Assembly: GCF_036507355.1 (NCBI RefSeq) | Contig: NZ_AP027877.1 | DNA length: 64,000 bases | Source of the DNA: Escherichia coli | GTDB taxonomy: Bacteria > Pseudomonadota > Gammaproteobacteria > Enterobacterales > Enterobacteriaceae | Direction: 5' to 3' (one strand) | Shown: piece after piece, positions 57,277-64,000 of the stretch | Numbering within the stretch: the stretch's first letter is position 1 | How the letters are laid out: each line of letters opens with the position of its first letter | Made by a program: the position numbers and the translations under genes | Notes under the pieces: generated by a model | What the model was told of the DNA's origin: nothing | The model's database searches: none | What the model saw: only the letters and a program-made list of their open reading frames with translations

Positions 57277-57427
57277 TCGTTTCGGCGCAATTTTCAGCAA
57301 ACGATCAAAAGTGGTGAAAAATATCGTTGACTCATCGCGCCAGGTAAGTAGAATGCAACGCATCGAACGGCGGCACTGATTGCCAGACGATAATAAAATC
57401 AAGTGATTAACTGATTGCTTGATGAAT

Positions 57428-57503
<76 letters not shown>

Positions 57504-57557
57504 GTTTAAAAGACATCGGCCTCAAGCGGATGTCTGGCTGAAAGGCCTGAAGAATTT

Positions 57558-57631
57558 GGCGCGTTAACAAAGCGGTTATGTAGCGGATTGCAAATCCGTC
57601 TAGTCCGGTTCGACTCCGGAACGCGCCTCCA
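57558..57631 (+). tRNA. cysT: tRNA-Cys (GCA)
   Basis: 74 nt GGCGCGTTAACAAAGCGG...GCGCCTCCA. Confidence 0.95.
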
Positions 57632-57643
57632 ATTTCTTCCCGA

Positions 57644-57730
57644 GCCCGGATGGTGGAATCGGTAGACACAAGGGATTTAAAATCCCTCGGCGTTCGCGCT
57701 GTGCGGGTTCAAGTCCCGCTCCGGGTACCA
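57644..57730 (+). tRNA. leuZ: tRNA-Leu (TAA)
   Basis: 87 nt GCCCGGATGGTGGAATCGG...GGGTACCA. Confidence 0.95.
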
Positions 57731-57772
57731 TGGGAAACATCAGAATAATCAAAGCAATAAGCAGTGTCGTGA

Positions 57773-57796
57773 AACCACCTTCGGGTGGTTTTTTTG
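57773..57796 (+). terminator. Rho-independent terminator of the glyW-cysT-leuZ operon
   Basis: AACCACC-TTCG-GGTGGTT followed by T7. Confidence 0.85.
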
Positions 57797-57969
57797 TGCA
57801 TGCAATTCACGCCCTGTGCATATCCTGTGCTCACGGGGTGCAATGAGCTGCAATCTTCAGCCTGGCAATGCCGAATCGAACGTGTCGCTTCCAGCATAGA
57901 GAACCAGGCCGCTTTGCCTGTTTTCCGGTACGCTTCCGGGAAGGGGGCCGCTGAGCAAGCTGTAATGCT

Positions 57970-58709
57970 CTAGCCACCCTGAGTACAAAGTTGCTTAATT
58001 CGTGCAATCACCTCATCTCTGTACTTCTGGTGTCCGCGCATAGCCCTTGGATGGGCAATTCTGAAACAGATTGCATTACCTGTTTTGAACTCCCATAGCT
58101 TCCCCGGAATGACTGCAGAAGTCTCATAGCCGCCCAGCTCAGTAAGCACCTGTTTTATGATGTAGTCTGTTCTCCGGGCTCCAGATGCAAAGATGATGAA
58201 ATCAGGCTCAAGGTGTTTAATTTGTACCGCCAGCAGCTTCAGCGAGGCAATATAACTTCCTGCACTTCATTTTGAGGGCGATTGAGAGGGGTCAGTCCGT
58301 CGTAATCCCACGCCAGTAGATTGGCATACACGATAGCCTGAGGAGGGATATTAAGCTCCCGGGCCAGCCTGAAATGATACTGCGTGAAGCGGCTACGTGA
58401 TTTGAGGTTAGTGGTGCCATAATTTTGTACCGGAAGATGTTTCCTGTAACGATCTACAGCTTCTTCAACCACCTGCCCGATGGTGACGTCAGGTATAAGT
58501 CCCAACACCCGTGATATCGTATTCTTACCATTCAGAGTATTCCAGCCAGCGGTTTCACGTCCAACCAGCATGATTTTTACCGGTGAGTGCCAGTATTCTT
58601 CAAAGGGCACGGGTAAAAAGACGCCTGAGTATTTATCCTCATTCAGGTTAAATGACTGGGCGTCAACTTCCTGCAATATCCGTTTGTACGCGTCTAATAG
58701 CTTTTCCAT
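57970..58709 (-). pseudogene. Hypothetical protein with uracil-DNA-glycosylase-superfamily-like motifs, split by a frameshift
   Basis: 156-codon ORF (58239-58709) continues in another frame for ~89 codons to TAG at 57970-57972; frames overlap at ~58242-58268; motifs KIMLVGRETAGW and IAHPRAMRG resemble UDG motifs A and B. Confidence 0.55.
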
Positions 58710-58789
58710 TCTTCAATCCTGCCCCGTAATAAAAACACCTTCAGATATATATTATCTCCATGATATCAATCAGATACATGAGGATAATT

Positions 58790-59989
58790 ATGCAAAAATC
58801 CTTCCGGTTTACCAATGCATCCATCAAAGCCCTACCTGCAAATACTGATACCCGCTCTACAGAGCTTGAGGTATCTGATACCGAAGTTATTGGACTCAAG
58901 TGCCTCTCAGGTCGAACAGGCAACAAGCGCTTCCTTCTGCGGTATACATTCCACGGTACCAAAAAAAGTATCAGTATTGGCAGATTTCCTGAAATTGATG
59001 TGGGAACAGCCCGGCAAATAGCCCGTCGTCACAAAGAAGCGATTGCGCTGGGAAATGACCCTAAAGCGGAGCGAGATAACTACCGCGCGATGCCAACACT
59101 TGGTGAGTTTTTCCATCAAACCTATGTTCCTTATATAAAGCGCCATAAAAAGTCATGGGATAAGGATGTTCAGCGTTTCACGCAATACATTGAACCTCGT
59201 CTGGGAAAGATACGTTACTGCGATCTCAGGGCCAGAGAGATACAACAGGTGCTGTTTGACATGCTGGAGGGGCGTATTCACGGGCAGCAATATGCGCCGT
59301 CTACCTGTAACAGAGCCCTTGCTATTCTGAAAACGATGGGGCGTTATGCGTTGCGACAGGATGTGCTGGAAAAGAATGAAGCCGATAAGATCCCTTTGCT
59401 GAAAGAGAATAATCAGCGGACGCGCTTTTTTGATGCTGATGAGATCAGGCGCATTCTTGACGCTGCTACCCAATATCCCAACAAAGCTGCCGGGGGATTG
59501 ATAGCCATGTTGTTGTTAACCGGTACACGCAAATCAGAAATGCTTAATGTCAGGCATGAACATATCGACCGGGCCAATCGTACTCTGTTCATTCCTTATA
59601 CAAAAAATGGTCGCAGTCGGACGGTATATCTAAGCGATGCCGCATTATCGATTATTGATGCTATCCCACGAGTTGGCAGTAATCCGTATCTGTTCGCCAT
59701 TAAGGATAATGGAAAACCGATATCGGAACCCCGATGGGCATATGAAAAAATACTGGCACAGTGCGGTATAGACAAGAATGAAGTCTGTTTTCACACCACA
59801 CGTCATTCTGTTGCCTCTTTACTGGTTTCGAGTGGTCAATTCAGCCTGTATGACGTTAAAGCCCAACTGGCGCATGCCAGTATTCAGAGTACAGAACGTT
59901 ACGCGAAATTAACACCGGAACGTATGCGTCAGACAGGGCAGGGAGTGACTGACCTGCTTCTGAATACTGCGGCTACGAAGCAGATGTGA
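58790..59989 (+). CDS. int: Tyrosine recombinase / phage integrase (P4-type), island integrase next to leuZ
   Basis: ~399 aa from ATG 58790 with RBS GAGGA; C-terminal catalytic region HTTRHS...ERYAKL. Confidence 0.88.
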   Translation: MQKSFRFTNASIKALPANTDTRSTELEVSDTEVIGLKCLSGRTGNKRFLLRYTFHGTKKSISIGRFPEIDVGTARQIARRHKEAIALGNDPKAERDNYRAMPTLGEFFHQTYVPYIKRHKKSWDKDVQRFTQYIEPRLGKIRYCDLRAREIQQVLFDMLEGRIHGQQYAPSTCNRALAILKTMGRYALRQDVLEKNEADKIPLLKENNQRTRFFDADEIRRILDAATQYPNKAAGGLIAMLLLTGTRKSEMLNVRHEHIDRANRTLFIPYTKNGRSRTVYLSDAALSIIDAIPRVGSNPYLFAIKDNGKPISEPRWAYEKILAQCGIDKNEVCFHTTRHSVASLLVSSGQFSLYDVKAQLAHASIQSTERYAKLTPERMRQTGQGVTDLLLNTAATKQM

Positions 59990-60019
59990 CTACTTTTTAG
60001 CAAACTATAAATATGGAGA

Positions 60020-60262
60020 ATGAGGATGCATTTAAAATGCCCACAGTGTGGCAGTTGTAATACATTGATAAGTTCAGCAGGAAAACTGCCATCGATAACC
60101 GATAATAAACGCTCTGGGTATATTAGCCTGGAGTTTTTACCTGAAATACTGAAAGAAATTATTAAGGCTATTAAAAAACTATTTGGATTCCTTGAACAGT
60201 GTGAAAGGAATAATGCTCCAGTGCTTATCTGTATGGACTGTGGGTATTATGAAAGAATTTAA
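60020..60262 (+). CDS. Small zinc-ribbon protein (CxxC...CxxC), hypothetical
   Basis: 80 aa with CPQCGSC and CMDCGY; followed by its own terminator. Confidence 0.55.
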   Translation: MRMHLKCPQCGSCNTLISSAGKLPSITDNKRSGYISLEFLPEILKEIIKAIKKLFGFLEQCERNNAPVLICMDCGYYERI

Positions 60263-60310
60263 ATAGAAAACCAATAACTGTAAATAATAGTTATGCGGAT
60301 GTATAAAAAC

Positions 60311-60339
60311 CCCGATACGTTAATCGTATCGGGTTTTTT
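60311..60339 (+). terminator. Rho-independent terminator separating the zinc-ribbon gene from the three-gene cluster
   Basis: CCCGATACG-TTAAT-CGTATCGGG followed by T6, A-run upstream. Confidence 0.8.
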
Positions 60340-60357
60340 GTTTATGAGGATCATTCA

Positions 60358-60729
60358 ATGAAATTTGTCTCGAACTGGCAAGACCTGCCGTCGCTCCTTC
60401 TTCCGGAGTCAGTAATGAGTCTGTTGAAAACAGAGCTGGTACTCCCATTTGAAGATGAATACTCTGCAATGAGTTTCTGGGATGAAGTCGGGGTGACATT
60501 AATATATGTCGAGCCCGATGATGTACCTGAAGATATTAAAGCGCAGGTATTAAATGTGATTCATCAGTTAATTGCAAATCCAGAATTTGTAGTCCGTCTG
60601 ACAGATGACTATTACCTGATGCTTTCTGTTACGGAAGATAACGGGAACGGTATTTATCTGTTATTTCACCCCGATTGCCCTCTGAAGGGTATTGATTTAT
60701 TAGTTTCTATGGCCGAATCACGCTATTAA
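60358..60729 (+). CDS. Hypothetical acidic protein (123 aa)
   Basis: RBS GAGGA; highly acidic; AT-rich codon usage unlike the flanking core genes. Confidence 0.6.
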   Translation: MKFVSNWQDLPSLLLPESVMSLLKTELVLPFEDEYSAMSFWDEVGVTLIYVEPDDVPEDIKAQVLNVIHQLIANPEFVVRLTDDYYLMLSVTEDNGNGIYLLFHPDCPLKGIDLLVSMAESRY

Positions 60730-60754
60730 ACACAAGCAAAACCAGGAACACAAA

Positions 60755-61288
60755 ATGAGTAAATCAAAATTAGTTAAAAATAATGTTGAGTCAGTTTCGA
60801 AGGAGATTAAAAATGAGGCAGAGGTTATTCATGAAAATCTCAGTGCAGATGAACAAACATTATCTGATGTAAAAGACTATCAGTTGCTCATTGAAACAGG
60901 TCAGGCAGAAAAAATCAGTCCTAAGGCAAGTGGTATGCTGACATGGCAACTGGCGATATCAGAGGTGGACAATGAACTTTATCTTCGTCTGGTGGCAAAT
61001 GGCTGTGGAGGGTTGTTCTCTAAGGACTGGATCTCACTTTCAAAGATTGCATCTGTTCTGGAAACACAACCTGCTACCGGCTTCTCATCCGGAGTATTCA
61101 GGCCGCTATTCAAAGGGGCAAGCACCAACAATGCAGGTTTTCTGGCTGCAGTTTTACGCTCCCCGGATATATGTCTGCTGGAGGCACATCCAGAGAAGTT
61201 ATTTACTCATGTATTATACCCGGACTGGAGGGAGCGGTTGAATAAACTTAATACGATTAGTAGCCAGGAAAAGATTACAGAGGATTAA
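60755..61288 (+). CDS. Hypothetical protein (177 aa)
   Basis: RBS AGGA; 25-nt gap from upstream gene, suggesting co-transcription. Confidence 0.6.
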   Translation: MSKSKLVKNNVESVSKEIKNEAEVIHENLSADEQTLSDVKDYQLLIETGQAEKISPKASGMLTWQLAISEVDNELYLRLVANGCGGLFSKDWISLSKIASVLETQPATGFSSGVFRPLFKGASTNNAGFLAAVLRSPDICLLEAHPEKLFTHVLYPDWRERLNKLNTISSQEKITED

Positions 61289-61360
61289 TTTATTTCCTGC
61301 ACTGTTATACAACCAGAAATCACCACACACCACTATTTACTTTCTAAAGGAAAATTTATT

Positions 61361-61795
61361 ATGCAAACCCAATATGCCTTAAAACAGGCAGGATTAACTC
61401 TGCCTGTTACTAAAGAATTTCAGCAGCATATTACTACGCTTCTGGCAAATCGGGTTTTACAAAAAATAACTGAGGCAGTGGTTATTAATTTCCGTGATCC
61501 GGACTACAGTGCAGAATCCGGCGGATTTCATCCGGTTGAAATGCGATTCATCCGTCAGGATAACGAATGGTATTTCGATTATGTCACAGACTTTAGTTAC
61601 ATGGGACGAGTCTACCCGGAACTGGAAAAAGAAATTGATTTTTGCTGGTCGGGGAATTATGTCTTCCATTATCTGGCTGGGGATATTTCACTGGCGGCAG
61701 AGAGGAATGAACTCTGGTCCTTATGGGAGGGTAATTTTATGGATTACCTGTCTATGGGGATTTACCGGGTAACGGTAACTGTGGAAAGTTGTTGA
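61361..61795 (+). CDS. Hypothetical protein (144 aa)
   Basis: RBS AAGGA; Trp/Tyr/Phe-rich. Confidence 0.6.
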   Translation: MQTQYALKQAGLTLPVTKEFQQHITTLLANRVLQKITEAVVINFRDPDYSAESGGFHPVEMRFIRQDNEWYFDYVTDFSYMGRVYPELEKEIDFCWSGNYVFHYLAGDISLAAERNELWSLWEGNFMDYLSMGIYRVTVTVESC

Positions 61796-62096
61796 CCCGT
61801 TATGAACAGGAAGAAAGCGGGCGGCTTTGTAATCTACTGCATGTGGCGTGCATCACAGCATGGAGATGATGTCTCTTTTTCCTGGCTGTTCGCATAAACA
61901 AGTGCAGACACGGGGGATCTCAGATCCCTCGTGATTTTTGCCCCCTATGGTGCATTCTCCAGTAGCAGGGTGATAACGGTTAATCCATTACCCCAACGAC
62001 AGTATTACACCGGTAATAAATGTTCATGAATACAGTTAGTTATGTGGGTTTTGAGGTGGGCTATGTCATCGTTGACGATAACTGAAGGTTTTACAG

Positions 62097-62324
62097 ATGT
62101 ATAAAACTCGCGGTGAAAGGATCGCAGAAAGGCTGTGCTGGATATTACTTCAACTGTATACCGGTAATACGGTATCGGTTAATGATATATGTCAGCGTTT
62201 CGCGGTCAGTCGCCGAACCGGACAGCGTGATTTGTTGAGAGTTGAAACTGTAACGGAAACTATTTCACCTGGAAGGGTAAGGCTGGCAAATTTGATAAGG
62301 GAACGAGTTAGACGAAATTTTTAA
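62097..62324 (+). CDS. HTH DNA-binding protein, possibly a truncated regulator
   Basis: 75 aa; helix-turn-helix-like segment VSVNDICQRFAVSRRTGQRDL. Confidence 0.45.
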   Translation: MYKTRGERIAERLCWILLQLYTGNTVSVNDICQRFAVSRRTGQRDLLRVETVTETISPGRVRLANLIRERVRRNF

Positions 62325-62546
62325 TCGAATCCATATCAATTCTATAAAATATGAAAATTAACGGGAGTAAATATACACTCCCGTTATAATGCAACCTTTT
62401 TTTAACTACTCAAATGATATTAATTTAGGTGCGACAGTGTTTTTATGACATGTTAAATTCGCAAGATCAATAATATCATGAAACAATTTTAGGTAATGCT
62501 GCCAACTTACTGATTTAGTGTATGATGGTGATTTTAAGGTGCTTGC

Positions 62547-62822
62547 GTGGCTTCCATTTCCATCAGATGTCCTTCCTGCTACGCTACTGAAGGCGTGGTG
62601 CGTAACGGCAAAAGCACTGCCGGACATCAGCGCTATCTCTGCTCTCATTACCGTAAAACATGGCAACTACAGTTCACTTACACCGCCTCTCAGCCCGGTA
62701 CGCACCAGAAAATCATTGATATGGCCATGAATGGCGTCGGATGTCGCGCCAGTGCACGCATTATGGGCGTTGGCCTCAACACGGTTTTACGTCACTTAAA
62801 AAACTCAGGCCGCAGTCGGTAA
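62547..62822 (+). CDS. insA: IS1 InsA
   Basis: 91 aa [23 protein letters not shown]... Confidence 0.92.
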   Translation: MASISIRCPSCYATEGVVRNGKSTAGHQRYLCSHYRKTWQLQFTYTASQPGTHQKIIDMAMNGVGCRASARIMGVGLNTVLRHLKNSGRSR

Positions 62823-62848
62823 CCTAGCGCATACAACCGGGCGGTGAT

Positions 62849-63244
62849 GTGATTGTCTGCGCTGAAATGGACGAACAGCGGGGTTACGTCGGCGCTAAAT
62901 CACGCCAGCGCTGGTTGTTTTACGCGTATGACAGGATTCGGAGGACGGTTGTGGCGCACGTATTCGGTGAACGCACTCTGGCCACACTGGAGCGTCTTCT
63001 GAGCCTGCTGTCGGCCTTTGAGGTCGTGGTATGGATGACGGATGGCTGGCCGCTGTATGAATCCCGCCTGAAGGGAAAGCTGCACGTTATCAGCAAGCGT
63101 TACACTCAGCGCATTGAGCGACATAATCTGAATCTGAGACAACATCTGGCAAGGCTGGGACGGAAGTCACTGTCGTTCTCAAAATCGGTGGAGCTGCATG
63201 ACAAGGTCATCGGGCATTATCTGAACATAAAACACTATCAGTAA
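62849..63244 (+). CDS. insB: IS1 InsB (expressed as InsAB' by -1 frameshift)
   Basis: Frame open upstream of the first ATG. Confidence 0.9.
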   Translation: MIVCAEMDEQRGYVGAKSRQRWLFYAYDRIRRTVVAHVFGERTLATLERLLSLLSAFEVVVWMTDGWPLYESRLKGKLHVISKRYTQRIERHNLNLRQHLARLGRKSLSFSKSVELHDKVIGHYLNIKHYQ

Positions 63245-63435
63245 GTTGGAGTCATTACCTGTTTTTGCTGCATATTTGGCCATGCACTTTTGCCATCAAG
63301 TCAGAGAGACAGGGGCACCGTAAGAGACGAAGGTTGCTGCCTGTGATGAGAGGTTATCAGCAATTACAATGGTCACTAATATTTACATAATGTCGGAGAA
63401 CATCATTTTAGTTGAAATAATATAAAGGCGGTTCT

Positions 63436-63762
63436 ATGTATTTACATATCAGAAAGTATCAACTCGTAAATGCGAGATGGCGTGATATCATTGATTTGAC
63501 GGATTATGAAGAAACAATCAAGCAGGTTGTGAGTACATTATTTGGAAATGATTTTATTGAGGTCAGAGTTGAAACGCGTTGTTTTATTCTGACAGTAAAC
63601 AGTACAAGCAGTAAAATACCACACGGCATACTGGTGAATATGGGGAAAAGGCTGGCGGCGAATCTCCAGAGTATCACCTGTCATGCCATGCGGATCTATC
63701 ATGTAAATGGCCATCCTGACGCGCGGCAGTTATTTCACTGTTTTGATGCCGATTGCCTGTGA
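63436..63762 (+). CDS. Hypothetical protein (108 aa)
   Basis: ORF only; beyond IS1 in AT-rich DNA. Confidence 0.4.
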   Translation: MYLHIRKYQLVNARWRDIIDLTDYEETIKQVVSTLFGNDFIEVRVETRCFILTVNSTSSKIPHGILVNMGKRLAANLQSITCHAMRIYHVNGHPDARQLFHCFDADCL

Positions 63763-64000
63763 TTAAGCCCCCAACTTCTGTTAAAGGAGTTGGGGGAGAT
63801 TTAACGGTTATCAGACTGGAAGACAGAATGTCGGATATTTACGGGCTATGATATCCATCAGTGACTTCATTCGCGGTGTTACAGAACTAAATTTCATTTG
63901 GGGTATTTTTGCTCTTACCGCATTTTTTACATCAGTCACCGTTACTGAATAGCCTTCTGACGTCAGCCATTCAGCAACCTCTTTACAGGAATAACTTTTT

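Larger units (their letters stand above)
62492..63259 (+). mobile_element. IS1 (768 bp)
   Basis: Terminal repeats GGTAATGCTGCCAACTTACTGAT...ATCAGTAAGTTGGAGTCATTACC; insA and insB; flanking 9-mers differ (ACAATTTTA vs TGTTTTTGC). Confidence 0.92.

Overview
This window is an E. coli/Shigella-type chromosomal segment. In reverse orientation it is collinear with the K-12 map from yeeJ-asnT-mtfA-serU through yodB, zinT, msrPQ, hiuH, hprRS, hchA, yedS, yedR, yedJ, dcm-vsr, yedA, yedI, yodC, dgcQ, yedP, dsrA, yodD, dsrB and rcsA, then the flagellar operons fliLMNOPQR, fliFGHIJK and fliE, then yedLKFE, yedD, amyA, fliDST, fliC, fliAZ, tcyJ, dcyD, tcyLN, sdiA, yecF, uvrYC and pgsA, ending at the glyW-cysT-leuZ tRNA cluster. 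It is not K-12: fliC encodes a 555-aa flagellin, the porin gene yedS is intact, and there are four IS copies (two inverted copies of a 1229-bp IS3-family element, a ~1.07-kb IS30-family element, and IS1). Several motility, c-di-GMP and adhesin genes carry inactivating lesions: an amber codon in fliJ, a +1 frameshift in dgcQ, an in-frame TGA in yedR, and yeeJ truncated by an IS. Downstream of leuZ is an AT-rich island with a frameshifted gene that looks like a uracil-DNA-glycosylase-superfamily member, a P4-type tyrosine integrase, and a compact set of small genes with no recognisable function, ended by an IS1 without target duplication. That island is the best candidate for an undescribed system, most plausibly phage defence or anti-defence. 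All calls are by eye from the sequence and ORF track; no database search was run.
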